The notes under the pieces: generated by a model | What the model was told of the DNA's origin: nothing | The model's database searches: none | What the model saw: the letters and a program-made list of their open reading frames with translations, nothing else | DNA from: the human T2T-CHM13v2.0 reference genome, Homo sapiens | DNA length: 64,000 nt | Assembly (NCBI GenBank): GCA_009914755.4 | Contig: CP068257.2 | Coordinates: 33,728,001 to 33,792,000, forward strand | Direction: 5' to 3' | Program-made: the position numbers and the translations under genes | In this document: positions 27,851 through 44,060 of the stretch, piece after piece | Numbering within the stretch: the first letter of the stretch is position 1 | Layout: every line of letters begins with the position of its first letter

Positions 27851-30599
27851 CAATTTAATTCCATTCATTTATCACCCACAATCATTTATTGAGCACCTGA
27901 AAGCCTGAGTTTAGTACCTCCATGCACTTATGGAGCACTCAGTCCCTTCCTGGCACCATTCTGTATACTGAGGACATGGAGATGAAAATGCACAGCCCCC
28001 CACCCCCTGTGCTCTCACAGTGGCTCGCAGCCCGTTGCACAAACTGAAGCATAAATAAGTCATTACAAGGTGAGGGGAGCCACAACAGAGGTGTAGGCAG
28101 AACAAGACACAGCATAAACAAGGGCCTACAAACTCCACCAAGAAGTGATGGATGACATTCTCAAGCATGACAATGAGTGCGATATTTGGCGAGGGTGGGT
28201 ACTCTGGGTGAGCAGAGATAACTTGGAAAAAAGTATCTGAGTCAACGGCACAACAATTTACAAAGGGGTCCTCCAGGAAGTATGCTATGCAAAGTATGGA
28301 ACAAATGAAGAAAGATGTTGCCTCCAGGGGACTTTCTAGCTCCTATTTTTAAAAGGATGTGTGTTTTTAACTCCTTGAGATTAGCAGCATATGAAATGCA
28401 CACCAATTACCCATACTTTTGATTGATTGCCTTTAATCCTCCACTCCTCTTATATGTGGTTACAAATCCTGCAAAATTTTGATGAAATCTCCTAAAATGA
28501 TAAAGCAGTGATGCCAACAGATACATAGCCTAATGATATGCAGAAGCAGAAGATAACATAGAATTAGTGAACACAGAAATGGAAAAGTCTCAATCTCACT
28601 ATTAATTAAAAGTATGCATTTAAAAAAACAGTAACTTTCTGTTTATTGTATTATCACATATTTTGCACAGTGATCATGTCTAATCCTGGGAAGCATCGAG
28701 TGAATCTATATATTTACATGTGGCAATTGTACTATATGTCTTTAGACCATTGACCTCAAAAGAAAGGAAAAAAGAAAACCTCTATGCACAAAGATGTTCA
28801 CGTCAGTATTATTTATGAAATTAATAACAAAAATAGAGAAGCAAATGAAACTTCCAAAATTAATAAGAGTGTTAAATCACTGTACATTTTTAGATGAGTC
28901 ATGGTATTATTCTTAATATTAACATTTATAATTATTAAAGCTCCTGTCACATGGAAACACTTTCAACATAATGATTATCAAAAAGTGTTAGAAAATGACA
29001 TGTATACTATGGTTTCAACTGTATAAGATATTTATTTACATAGACGAGAATCAGAAGGAAATATCAAAATAACAGTTAATATTACATAAACACTTTTTTG
29101 TTATCTTGAATACTCAGACTTTCTGCTAATACTTTTTAAGCAGTCCTAATAAGACTAGAATTTGGATCATTTAATAAACCCCATAGTAAGGAAACAATAT
29201 GCGTAGCACTTCTACAAAAGTCTTAGACACACACGCACACCTTCATGTTAAGGTGAAAAATGTACAAGCATATGAAATTAAGAAAAAATTGCCTCATATG
29301 GATGGGAGTGAAGATTCATTCCAAATTTTGCCTTGAGTAGATTTGCAAGTTGTCATTACAGTGCCTTCTCTTATTTATCAGTCTGAGCACAATGGCAGAA
29401 CTCGGTCATCTAAATTATCCATTTACCTTGTATATGGAATTAAGAGCTCTGTGTTAGGGAGCTCCAAATGTCAAGAGGCAGAGTCATGCCGGGGATTGAT
29501 TCTGTAGATTAGAACATCTCCACCAAGGCATTTGGCCTGTGAGATGTCTAAGTAGATTAATTGAAGTAGAAATGCATTATTTATTATTTAACACTTAGTG
29601 AAAGCAGTCAGCAAGCTAGGTTTAATAATGATTTCTTTTAGACACTCACCGATGCATAAGAATTAGGTAAACATGACCCAATCATTACTTGAGAGGTTTA
29701 TCAGGTTTCAAATCAGAACTTCTTTTTTTTTAAAGAGGCAATTAGCATTGTGATATTCCTCTTGCCTATTAGAAAAGATAAGTTTTATGATATCTATGGG
29801 ATCTCTAAGAATTAGGCCTATTTAGACAAGGAATGAGAGAGGACTTTTACACTGTTGACAGAGGTCCATTCAGTCAGGGCTATGTTTCTGATCCCTGTAG
29901 ATAAGTCTAGAAGACAGGAACACACTAACTGGCCTCAACATTCCTAATGGTGACTACTAATTATTTCAGAATTGGAGGAAGACTTGCCTTCCTGTTACAG
30001 CTGCCTGGATTGCTGGAGTCTGATTCATACCTAGCCATGTAAGGGAAAGCTCATCTTCTGCCTGGACAGTGTCTTGGCACTCCTGGATGCCTGGCCCCTT
30101 GGTGTGTGCTCCCCATAATGCATAAGTTGCGTCATATTTCTGGAGTCACTTCACCCAGCACAGACTGATCTGAATCTTCTTCTTTTTCAGTGAAGTCAGC
30201 CTTTGACCAGAGAATCCCTAAGCCATGGATTCTTTCTGGCTTTGGAAGATGGGACAGAAGATGTAGATGGTTAACCATCCCCCAAGGATGGAGGATCTCA
30301 CTACCCTTCACACCCAGGGATGACCTCATCATTAGCTCTAATATGAAGTCTAATGCTTCCAGTTGCATAAGTTGGGGCAAAGTACTTACTCTCTCTAGGG
30401 TTCACATTTTTCATGGTAAATGATGTCTATGATAGAGGGGTTACTGCTGGGACTAAAGACAGAAAACAGGCCAACGGCATTCTCCAGTGGCTTACAGACA
30501 AGCAGTGCCTGATGTATTTTGGGTCCTCCATATCACTTTTTAAAAAAATTATGGTAAGAACACTTAACATGAGATCTGCCCACTTAAGAAATGTCTAAG

Positions 30600-31480
<881 letters not shown>

Positions 31481-34257
31481 TCCAGTACCGATCCACTCTC
31501 AATGCTGCCCATTTCTGTATTTTTCTGACAATTTCCAAGTATTTTATGAATAAGTATCTCTTTTCTTGGCTAATGGATAGAACTGAAATTGCTTTATAAC
31601 TACCAGTGGTGACTGTGATGGGAAGGATGACAGCTGATGCTAAAAGATTAACACTGAACTTCAGAGTGGTAGCAAAAAAATGAGGGTTATTTCAGAAACC
31701 ACAATTTATAAACAACAGACTTCCTAACAGGCTAGAACAATAAGAAAGTAAAATTGTGGATCCCCATCCTTTCAGTGTTGGTTTGTTTTTGTTTTATTAT
31801 AATTATATAATAAATATTACACTTTCATTTTATATACAGAAATGTGAATATTTAAATTTTATTATAATAGAATCTTTAATAAAATCAACAAATATAGTAC
31901 ACTGGAACAAATACACCTATCTCAGAAAACACATTGAGGGCAGAAAGAATATTCACTTATAAGTGCAATCAGTGCCTTCAATTATAGTTGAGTTCCAAAG
32001 ATATAAAATGTAAAATGTAACTATATCATATATGATGGTTTGCTTCCTGTGAAATCCACTCATTAATACCTTAAAGGCCTTCCCGTGATCCTGTTTAATA
32101 ATATATTCTTAAAAGGGTGTTATTCTCTGCAACACACATTTTTAATTCTGGATATTTAAAAAAACAAACTCAACATTTTTCTTGGCATTTTTTGCAAATG
32201 AATTGGAGTTCATTCAGACATTCAATTCAGTAAAAACAAAAAACACATACATTTCTGCAGAGCCACAGTTGAAGAGCATGGGCTTAGGAGAGCAGACCCC
32301 CGGGTCTGGTCCCAGTTCTCCTGCCCCTCCCCAGCTTACTGTGTCACCTTGGCTGTCCCAAGATGTGAGTTCCTCCTTGGAGATGCAGTTCACAGCCAGA
32401 GTGATCGCTAAGCTTCCTCCCTGCATTAAAATTCTATTATTCTAAGTCTTTCTCACTTCTCTGGAATTTCCTGTGATATGGATGCTTGCAATTATTACAC
32501 CTCTGACAATTGATGCCAATAAAAAAGCATCTACAACATCGGACAATGAATTTCTTATGTTTTTATTCCATACAAAATCATGTAGTTAGGTTCAGAAATA
32601 AAATATTCATCACACATTTTGTGGTAGGCTGGTCTTGCTCCACGGGATGAAAACATATGTCGCAAGAGGGAACAGGTTTGCCTAAGGACCCATATGAACG
32701 AATTCAAAAAGAACCTAAACTCCCAACCATGCCTATCTCTCATACATGAGCTTTCTCTCATTACCAACCAACGTAAATATCAAAAGTTGATCAATGTAGA
32801 AGACTTTTATTACACATTGTTCCCACAAACTACTGTGACCCACATGCTTAGGACCCCAAAAGCGGTGTTCTCACTTGCATCCACTGGGTACACACTGGGG
32901 AAGTCTCTGGGACCAGGTGGCAAATAAGACTTTTGGAAGTCTTTTCCCTGCAAGAAAGTGATGGCAGGATAGTGCAATGACTGGAGGCAGACAAAACAAC
33001 CACAAAAGGCCAGAGAGGACTTGTAGCTTTACAGGCTGATCATTTTTATTATGTGTTATTATATTTAAGAAAGCTCTAAATATTTTTCCAAAAGACTGAA
33101 TGTGCTTAAAAGGAGATACTTTTGTTATCCAATTGCTGGTTCTCTGCTCAAAGGACAAACAAATGAAAACATCAGAAATTCTCCAGTAGTGAGAAACAAT
33201 GCATAAGCAGTCAAACCTCCAGGAAAACTTCTGAAAGCTGAAGTAGGTGTATGAAAAATCAGCTTCATTAAAGCAATCTATGAGAGCTGCTTGTCTAGTA
33301 ATAGCTACTGTATTTTGTGGCACGGACTTGATTCTTAGGGACTCCTGGAAGTTACACTCAAAGGTGCATTTCATACCAGTCACTCCTCCATATCCAATAT
33401 CTTGTTTTACAGTTTTACAGTCTTGCGGCCGGGTGGCGGCAGGGGACAAATGAGAAGGAGAGCAAGAGGGAGCACATCAATGAGAAACAATGATGATGAG
33501 ATAATTAGAGTGAGCAATAAAGAATTCATCACAGGGACAGAGGACCAGACCAATGATCAGCAGCCGTATCTATTGCCTTGTCCTTGTTGTTCTCTTTTAG
33601 TAAGACCTGAGCATAGAATAGAGTGATGCAGTAGACCAGGATCTTACATGTCCATTCCTCTTCCTTAGGAGAGTCCTCAGATGATCCTCACACAGTGTGA
33701 CTTATCCTTCAGGACAAGGTTAGCTGTTTGGCTGGGGCTTCAGTCCCTGGTCATTTGTCATGAGATTCCGGGTCTTCACAAAGAGGCATAGAGAACCTGC
33801 TGAGTGTTTTCCCTTAGGCCTCAGTCTACAGATGAAAGGCTTCCTCAATTAAAAGCCAATTCTTCACCATTTGGGCACCCAAAGTAGACCTAAGCTATGC
33901 CTAACTCCACCCATTCACTGTGTGATTCCATTCCTGGATACAAAGTACCTGGTATCAGGATCAGTTCTTACAGTGGGCCTGATGGTATGAAAGGCTGGAT
34001 TATGTCATTGTAGAAGGAATTGAGAGGGTAGAAGTTACTGATTGGGAAAGAGAGAGTCTTCAAAACTTAATAAGCCATGTTTTCAGTAACAAAAAGAGGA
34101 AAAAGGATTGGGCTGGATGTTTGTTTTTTCAAAGCTTAACACAGACTATTTTTTAAACATTTACTAAGCATCTACAATATAATGTGGAAATGGAGATAAC
34201 GAAATTATAAGTATTCTTTTTTAAAAATATATTTTTTATTTTATTTAAATATTTTTA

Positions 34258-34539
<282 letters not shown>

Positions 34540-35162
34540 TATAAGCATTCTTAAATAACTTGAAAGACAGGAGCTAACTAAAAAGCAGACAGAAACGGGG
34601 AAATATTCAGCTGAATGCTGGATTATTTTGAATATGCAAAATTTAGCATGGTCTAGCATGGTCAACTCCCAGCAATCATTACGGAACCGGGAAATTGTTT
34701 TCCATTTACTTAAGAGATACCTCCATTGATTAAACACATATTACATGTGAAGACTCTTCTGGGCATGCTACTTGTATAACTTTATTTAATCACCAAATCC
34801 TCTGAGGTAAATCCTATTATCAAAGGTTGCCAGTTTTAGCAAATAAAAATACAAAATTCCCAGTTAAATTCGAATTTCAGATGAACAGTAAATATTTGTA
34901 ATATAACTAGGTCCCATGAAATGTTTGAGACACCGCTATGCAAAACATTATTTGCCATTTATCTGAAATACACATTTAACTGGGCATCCTATGTTTTACC
35001 TGGCAAAAATATTATTATTATTCCAGTTAAATGATACTTCATCTTCAGGCTACCATGCTGGTCAAACTCTTGTCAGGCATTACTTGGTGTTAGACAAAGG
35101 GTACGATAACTGGATGAAGCCAAGTTTCACAGAATCTTCAAGACATTTTTAAGGTGGCTTGC

Positions 35163-35533
35163 GGGCTTAAAAAATGTGGCACCTATACACCATGGAATAC
35201 TATGCAGCCATAGAAAAGGATGAGTTCATGTCCTTTGCAGGATATGGATAAAGCTGGAAACCATCATCTTCAGTAAACTAACATAGGAAAACCAAATACC
35301 ACATATTCTCACTCATAAGTGGGAGTTGAACAATGAAAACACATGGACACAGGGAGGGGAACATCACACACCGGGACCTGTTGCTGGATGAGGGGCTAGG
35401 GGAGGGATAACATTAGGAGAAATACCTAATGTAGATGATGGGTTGATGAGTGCAGCAAACCACCATGGCATGTGTATACCTATGTAATAAACCTGCACAT
35501 TCTGCACATGTATCCCAGAACTTAAAGTATTAA
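35163..35533 (+). mobile_element. LINE-1 3' end (ORF2 C-terminus plus 3'UTR), plus strand, L1PA-like
   Basis: aaaatgtggcacctatacaccatggaatactatgcagccatagaaaaggatgagttcatgtcctttgcagg...ctcactcataagtgggagttgaacaatgaaaacacatggacacagggaggggaacatcacacaccgggacctgttgctggatgaggggctaggggagggataacattaggagaaatacctaatgtagatgatgggttgatgagtgcagcaaaccaccatggcatgtgtatacctatgtaataaacctgcacattctgcacatgtatcccagaacttaaagtat is a near-textbook L1 3' terminus. Confidence 0.75.
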
Positions 35534-35900
35534 ATATATATTAATTATATATATAAATTATATATGTATAATATATATATTATATTTATATATTATATAT
35601 TATATAAATATATATATTTATATATTATATATTATATAAATATATATATTTATATAATATATATTATATAATATATATATTTATATATTATATAATATAT
35701 ATATTTATATATTATATAAATATATATATTTATATAATATATAAATATATATATTATATAATATATAAATATATATATTTATATCTCTATAAATATATAG
35801 AGATATATATATCTCTATATTAATATATATTATATATTATATAATATATAAAAATATATATTTATATATATTAATTTTTATATATATATATATATAAAAT
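35531..35900. repeat. ~370-bp AT-only complex simple repeat ((TA)n/(TATAA)n/(ATATT)n mixture) directly abutting the L1 3' end
   Basis: taaatatatattaattatatatataaattatatatgtataatatatatattatatttatatattatatattatataaatatatatattt... continues uninterrupted to tatatatatatatatataaaatcc. Confidence 0.9.
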
Positions 35901-36299
35901 CCTTTCCATTGTCTGTCTTCCCAACTCCCAAAGGTAGGCCGAACTGGGGGCTTGGAGAGAGCTTATATCACTTGCCCAAGACCTGTGCTAAGCTGCCTCA
36001 TGTACCCTTAAAATGAAATATGACATATTATTCTGAGTTTAATACATCTAAAGTCAGGCTACCCTAGCAAAACTTCTTGCTTAAAAATTAACCTGTGAGC
36101 ACAAAAACATGGCAGAGCTGCGACCTGGTTTAAAAGAGTGATGCCTGAGGAAAGCTAGCAGCAGCTAACATTAAACCCAAGGCCCCCAGCCCAACTCTCT
36201 CAGGCCTCTCAAGAAAGATAATTTTTATTTAACTGATATTTGTATTGCATTTATTGTGCTGGGTGTGGCTCTGTATCTTTTATTCTTCTGATCTTCATA

Positions 36300-36465
36300 A
36301 AACCCTACGACGTAGATCCTATTATTATTCCAATGCTACAGAGGAGGAAACTGAGGAATAGAGGGGTTACATAATGTCCCAAGGTCACATAGCTAGTAAA
36401 TGACAAAGCCAGGATTCAAACCTGGGCAGGCGGGCTCCAGAATTCATGCTCTGAACCACTAAGCA
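36300..36465 (+). mobile_element. MIR SINE fragment
   Basis: attattattccaatgctacagaggaggaaactgaggaatagaggggttacataatgtcccaaggtcacatagctagtaaatgacaaagccaggattcaaacctgggcaggcgggctccagaattcatgctctgaaccactaagc matches the MIR core (..ccccattttacagatgaggaaactgaggctcagagaggttaagtaacttgcccaaggtcacacagctagtaagtggcagagctgggattcgaaccc..). Confidence 0.5.
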
Positions 36466-37135
36466 ATGTCAACTTGAATTCCATATATTATAAAATTTTG
36501 GAAACAGATCAAGAATTCTCTGCATGTATGAAAAAGCACATGATCTATTCATCATTTCCAAAACTATTTTACGAACATCATCTCCTTTGGATCTTAGAGC
36601 AACTGGATAAAGGACAGGTAATATAGGTATCATTATTGCTATTTTGCAGACCAGATTAAGAGAGATAAGATTGTGAGCAGTGATGCATGACAAGTTCAAC
36701 ATTAGTAAATTAGTAAACACAGAGTCTTATCTAAACCAGATTCTCTATCCACTTTACCTAGGCTCAATACGGTAAGCAAAAATGGAACTCAGAAAATGCT
36801 AAGAATGATTGTCTTGCTCTGATTTAAAAATCTGGATTTTGCAATGCAGGAATATCTTTAAGTTTGGGATTACAAGAAATGTGAGGCAGGGCTGGGCTTG
36901 CTGAAGCAGGATACAAGGAAATGAAAACCATCACTCTGAATTGTTTGCTCAGTTGTCTTGGGGTAGCTTGGTAACTATACCAGAATGGGAGGCTTAGGTG
37001 TCATTATAAAGGAAATCCCTACTTTGGAAAGTGACACCAAGTGCGGTCATCAACAGAGAGCTAACAGCTTTTTTCTGCCAACTGGAGGACGTCTACTACC
37101 AAAACTCTGATCCATGCTTAAAGTGCTTATCAGTG

Positions 37136-37442
<307 letters not shown>

Positions 37443-39019
37443 CAGTGAAAAAGGTGATTATAGTTGAATGAACACAAAAGTTGAAATCTGGGTACCTCAC
37501 TTCCCAAAAGTCAGTTTCCTAGGTACAAAGTTGTATTTCTGGGAAATCACTGTGGCCTGATATTAAGTAACAAGATGATGATGGATTTAGATCTAAAGCA
37601 AAAATGAGAGAGCTATTAAATAGAAAAAGACATTGGTGTTTATAATGTATATTTTAGAGAAAAAGCAGTAATGTATGACTTTTCCAATGGAAAGCAGAAA
37701 TCAGCTGTGAAAATAGCTACCATTGTTGAACTCGAAGTGAGTCACTGTCTGCAGAACTCTTCCGAAAGAGAAGAATGTGGGCCGCCAGCACCCAGTCGCG
37801 GCTGTGATCTTGGAGATGTCAGAGCAGGCAACATGCCTGCTAATGAGACCTCAGAAGTGTCTGATCATCTCTTCTAATTGCTCTAAATAATTGGAGAGCT
37901 GCTTGGCCTGGCCTCTCCTTCCTGAAGACGGTCAGTTCAAATATGCAAATATAAAATTATTTGAATACTGCTCTAATTGGAGTACGAGCTACCCATTATT
38001 TGCTGGAGAACAAAACAATATGACTAAAAACATTGACTATCAAATCCTTCATTTTAAGCTTCACTGAGCTCCCCAAATTACCACGGGCAGTCCTGACAAG
38101 GACCACTTTACAAGGGAGTTGATGACCCCTAATTAAGACACAAGGCGCTTCTAGTTATGTTAATATTTGAAATTGAAATTGGTTTGACCTACGCAGTTCC
38201 ATACAATACCACCAAGTGAAACTCAAATCCAGGCACCTTAAGTTGACAAAATGTCCAATAGCCCATTAAATGCATTGCAAATTCAAGTTCCATCCATCCC
38301 CCACATCCCCCAAGTTGACTGCATTACAGAATGACAAATCCAAAATATCATACCTGATCACATGGTTTTCTGTAGAAACTTTATCCAACAAAGGACATTG
38401 GACAGGCATTACAAATTCTTTTTCCTACCAGGAGTTGGGATCCACCATGCACACATGTTTGGCCACTCTGAGCTGGAGTGGTCTCTCTCAGTTTCTCTCC
38501 ACTTGTCTTCCCAGCAATCTCTTCTTTTTTAACAGAAGTCTCATCTTCTCTCCTCTCCCTATTCCAGTCTTCATCTTTCATTGTGTTCCAGGGTACCTTC
38601 CCCTTCACTGATAGCCCTGCTCACAACTTGAAAATTTGGGTTGTTTTTTTTTTTTTTTTAAACTTTCTAAACCTATTTCTGCATCTACCTCAGCAATATC
38701 CAATCCCATTCTACCATAATTTTCTAGATGAAGTTACAAAACACTGCCTTCTCTTTTAATTTTTGTTAATTCCATCTCTTCTTCCTATATCCCATATTTC
38801 CTCATCCTCAGAAACAAAAGTAAAACTCTCAACTTTTCCCAACTGCACTCAAATTTACTCTCTCTACCCTTCCCATCCCGGCTGTATTTCTTGAAAGAGT
38901 AGTTGACACCTCCTGCCTTGACTTCCTCATCACCCAAGAGTTCCTTGTTGTTTTATAATCTGTTATCCAGCCCTACACTAGAGATAAGTTTTTCGTGGAA
39001 ATTAAATGTTAAGGAACTC

Positions 39020-39195
39020 TTGCTTTGGAGTCAGACTCCAAGAGCTGGATCCCCTATTCTCTCAAGGGCTAATGCCTAGCTACACAATTTGCTTTTCTTC
39101 CTTTTGAAATAGGATTCTAATAAATTTCAGTGTCTCACAGAGTTATTGTAAAAAGTAAGTGACACAGGTGCTTGACACCACACTGGTCCAATTTT
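39020..39195 (+). mobile_element. MIR SINE fragment
   Basis: cttgctttggagtcagactccaagagctggatcccctattctctcaagggctaatgcctagctacacaatttgcttttcttccttttgaaataggattctaataaatttcagtgtctcacagagttattgtaaaaagtaagtgacacaggtgcttgacaccacactgg parallels the MIR consensus (tgccttggagtcagacagacctgggttcgaatcc...cctcatctgtaaaatggggataataatacc...gggttgttgtgaggattaaatgagataa...gcacagtgcctggcacatag). Confidence 0.45.
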
Positions 39196-40548
39196 AAGTG
39201 GTCAGAAGTGCTGAATTTTGTGTGTTTTCCATTGTTATTATGCTGTGAGGCCAAATCCCATGACATTCCTCAATTTTCATCTTCTTTGTCTTCTCAGCAC
39301 CATTTATTTCAAGATTGTTTAAAGTATTTAAATATTCTCCTTACCCATGACAATTACTCATCTAATTCCGCCCTTATCTCTGATGATTTTTCTCCTGTCT
39401 TCAGTGGATCCGATTCCTCCCCCACCAAACTCTACACTGTCTTTAGGAGTGTAATCAGCTGATCCTCACCTCCTCCTATTTTCCCTTGTGATCTCCCCAT
39501 GACCAAAACTCCTATTATCCCTGTCTTACTTATGGGTAACTCCCAAATGTGGAAGGACAGGCTCAGCCTCTCCCACAAACTATCTGCTAAACAAATCCTG
39601 ATATGCCATCATCTCACATCAGCAAGTTAAAACTAACAAATAAAAACCAAATATCTTTGCCTTCCCTCCTCCATAAGGCCTTTTCCACTCTCCCTTATTT
39701 CTGCAAAAGTCGTTGTTAATTCCCAGGCCCCAGGCTATGAAACTGACAGCCATCTCTAACTCTTCTTCTCATTTGCTCCCAGACTCCGAGAATTATCTTT
39801 ATCTCTTAGAGAGATACAGAGAATTGTTATGCTGAATCCAAGCAGACGGTTGGAGTAAGAAGAAAGGAAATCTTGGAAGAAAGTGTTGTTTTAGAAGTTG
39901 TAATGGCTGCAAAAGAATTAAGGAAAACAAAAGTTTCCTTTAACACCTACCATGTTTCAAAGACCATGTTAGGTCTGTCTTTCCTGATATAATAATGAAA
40001 AAGTCATCATTTCAAAAAGAAAGGGAAGTGTGCAAAAATTAATTTCTGATGATAAACTGGGAATGTCTTTGATGAGGGAAATCAAGGAGCAATGTCTACA
40101 AGGATGAGATGACCAAGGTTCATCCAGTGGGCTGGGGCTTCTCAAAGACAAGGAGAGCAGAAGGAGAGAGGAACTCATAACCAGTAATATTATCTTGTAA
40201 TTAGATTATTGGCAAAGTCTAGAAACATAAGTCTTTAAAAAATCCCCAAAGCCAAGAAGGAAGGGGTGGATTTTAGTGTTTTACTGCACTGAGAAATAGG
40301 TCAATGTATGTCACAGACAATGGAAAGGAGCTGAAACTACCTGAGTTCCTATTTGGAATCATCTTTTCTGTTGACAGTCCTCTTCGACCTAAGAACACTT
40401 AGTGCTATAATAAAGCTGAGGCCTCAGTTAGGTGAGAGTTGACATTGATTGACTAATTACTGTGTGTCATGGACACCTCATTTAATCTTCACAGCCACTC
40501 TCTGAATTAGAAAGTTAAGTTTCCAGATAAAGAAAATGAGACCCCACA

Positions 40549-40849
<301 letters not shown>

Positions 40850-40995
40850 TAGAAATTGAGACTGCATAGATGCTCACAGCACTCAGTTACTTAATTGCTG
40901 AGCCAAGATTTTTACACTGTGGACTCAGAAAGCCAATGAGTTAATAACTACATGATGCGACTCTTCACATCTGTTATCTCTATAAAACTAACTTG

Positions 40996-41322
<327 letters not shown>

Positions 41323-42649
41323 TCAAAAAGAAGAACAAGGTCACCTCAGTTTTCAAAAAGAAGACGGCCAATTCTGCAAAATAATAATTTCTAACATGAC
41401 TCAATAATCACTTGTTATGTAGATGGTTTGTGAGGACTTAAACAAGACATGGTTAATACTATGGAGCAACACACATTCTTAAAAACAGACTAAGTCAGAC
41501 TTATTGCATTTCCATTTTTTTTCTGCTGTACACTTACAAACGAGGGAGGGAGTCAGCAGACTGATGCATAAACACAGAGTTTCACATTGGTGACGAACTT
41601 CAGGGCTGGCTGGCTGATGTTTAAGTTCACATTTAACATCCTCACCAAGATGTCACTTGGCCTTGTCAAATCTCTAGTGTATGGAACCCACTGCCTCACT
41701 GCCTTGCATATTAACACATTTCATTTGTGAAAAGTTGAGACTATTTTGGATAGCCGCGATGAGTCAGCAAGTACTTTCCTATATTAAGTTGAAATCTAGT
41801 GCCATGAAGGTTTCCACCTCTTGGTTTTGCTTTAAACACTTGGAGGAAATTCAGCATAGATCTGACTTTCTTTCCCCATGGAGAGTGGTTCATAATGAAC
41901 ACAAATATTAGGCCCCTTTCTCTCACCTCCTCACTCTGTTTCTTTAATCAACCTTCATTGGAGAGGAGTTTTCTAATTACTTCAGTTTCCAATTTGCTAC
42001 ACAGCATGAGAACCACCTAGGGAGATTTTTGATATTTTTAAAGATCTTCTTCAACTGTGAAATCATTCCATCAATCAGACAAAACTACAGAAAGTAATAC
42101 TTGTCTTTAAGTCTATTTTGTTGATATTCATATAGCCACTTCTGTTTTCCTGTGATTACTATTTGCATGTTTTAGCTTGTCTATCCTTTTTGTTTAACCT
42201 AGCCTTGCCCGTATATTTAAAGTGAATCTCTTGAAAACAACATATAGTTGGAGTTTCGCTTTTTTTAAAAAAAGGCCTTATAATTTTTGTATTTTAAGTA
42301 AATGCCTTCATATTTAATAAAATGATTGTATAAAATGATTGTATGGCTGAGTCTCCTAACATTCTATTTGTCTTCTTTTGTCTCAGAAGTTCATTGTTTC
42401 TTTTTTTCTCTCTTTCACATCTCCTTTTGGATTCAATTTGTATTTTATAATATGCTCTTATCTTCCCTTTTGGATATTTAGAACACCACATATTATTTTT
42501 CAGTAGTTGCTCTAAGGATTATGATATTTGTCTTTAGCACAATATAATGTATCTTGAATTAATAACACATCATATAAAAAACTAACAAAAGTATAATTTC
42601 ATTTACCTTCTCCCATCCATTGTGTTACTATTGCCATATATTTTTCTAC

Positions 42650-44060
42650 ATATGTTATAAACCACACATTTTTATCATTTTTATTATTCTTGCCTACAGA
42701 GAAATTAATAATTGAGAAAAGAGCAACTTTTATATTTTCCCACATATTTATAAGGTATGTTACTCTTCATTTCTTCCTGAATATCCAGATTTCCATCTGG
42801 TAACATTTGTCTTCCACTTGCATAATTTCCTTTAACATTCTTTAAAGTATAGGTCTACTATTGACACGTTCTCTCAGTTTTGGTTACCTGAAAAATGTTC
42901 TCATCTTGCTTTTATTTTCACAGGCTATATCTGCTATATGTAGAATTCTATGTTAATCTTGTTGTTGCTTCTTCAGCATTGTAGAGATATTATTCCATTG
43001 TCTCCTGGTTTATACTGTTTTTGCAAGAAGCCTAAAATAATTCTTATCATTCTTCCTGTGTATCTAATTTGGTTTTTTTCCTCTGGATGCTTTAAATTTT
43101 CTCTTTAGTTTTTATCAATTTTATTATAATGCTCCTAAAAATTACTTTGTTTTGTATTTTTTTGTCTGGGATTATTTGAGCTTCTTGAATCTGCAGATTG
43201 ACATTTTTAGTCAAATTTGGAAATGACTTGATCTTTTATCCTTCCTTTTTTTCTTATCTTCTCCAACCTCTCTCCTTATTTTTTAGGATTTCAATTATAA
43301 ATATATTAGATCACCTGATATTGTGCCACAGGTCACTGAAGCTCTCATCATATTTTTTCAATCTCCTCCTCTCCTTCTCCTTCTCCTCCATCTCAGTGTT
43401 TCAGTTTGGGTGGTTTCCATGGACCTCTATGTTAATTCACCCTTTTTTTTCGTACTGCATTTTCCAATCCCCATTAAGGCCATCCTGGGAAATTTCTATT
43501 TCTGCTATTTTATTTTTAAGTTATAGAAATTTTATCTTGTTCTTTTTGATAGTTTTCATTTATCAGCTGGTAGTTCCCACCTGTTCATTCATTATGTTGA
43601 TATTTTCCTTTAAAATTGGAACTTCAACTTTGGTTCATTAGCACCCCAACATCTCTTAATACTATGTGTCCTCAGGATTCTCCATTCTCACAGTCCCTAG
43701 CAACTATATTCTGCCTGGCCTCATGGAGTCTTATCTGCCCATACAGAGCTTAGTATGTCACTCAAAACTCCAGGGAATCCCTATGCTGATATATAGAACT
43801 CCTTCTCTGTGAGGTTCCCCTCTATCTAGTGCCTCAACCAACAAACTCAGTTACTAATGCTGATCCAGCCTCTGGTCTGTTTCCCCCGCCCAGTGTTGGT
43901 TCTGCTTCCTTGTGTCACAGGTTGGAAAGCATACCCAGGCAAAAGACTGAGTTGAATGTGGGGTTCACTTTATGTGTCTCCCTTCTTTTGAGGAGCACAG
44001 CCTTGCATTAACTGTAGAGTTTAATATCTGAAAATAGTTGCCTCAGGTATTTTCCTTACT
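42650..44060 (-). mobile_element. Probable antisense LINE-1 fragment (older family, ORF1/ORF2 region). Low confidence.
   Basis: The strand is T-rich and read-through, with motifs reminiscent of antisense L1: ttctatttctgctattttatttttaag...ttcatttatcagctggtagttcccacctgttcattcattatgttgatattttcctttaaaattgg...cagtttgggtggtttccatggacctctatg. Compare antisense L1 ..ttctatttctctgctgagattccctatttgttcattcattatgaccatattttcctttaag.. Boundaries are uncertain. Confidence 0.35.

Noticed and set aside
33421-33445. Small CpG cluster (gcggccgggtggcggcagg).
   Set aside because: Only 3 CpGs in about 25 bp within CpG-poor surroundings. This is far below CpG-island criteria.
32871-33449. Longest ORF in the track (192 aa, minus strand).
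   Set aside because: The protein has no recognisable domain or motif, is rich in C, F and S, and has a codon-position-independent composition. There is no upstream CpG island or promoter-like sequence and no flanking splice-like structure. This is typical of a chance ORF in AT-rich DNA.
43198-43641. 147-aa ORF, plus strand.
   Set aside because: It lies inside the probable antisense L1 fragment. The translation is dominated by F, L, S and I from the T-rich strand, which is the typical antisense-L1 pseudo-ORF.
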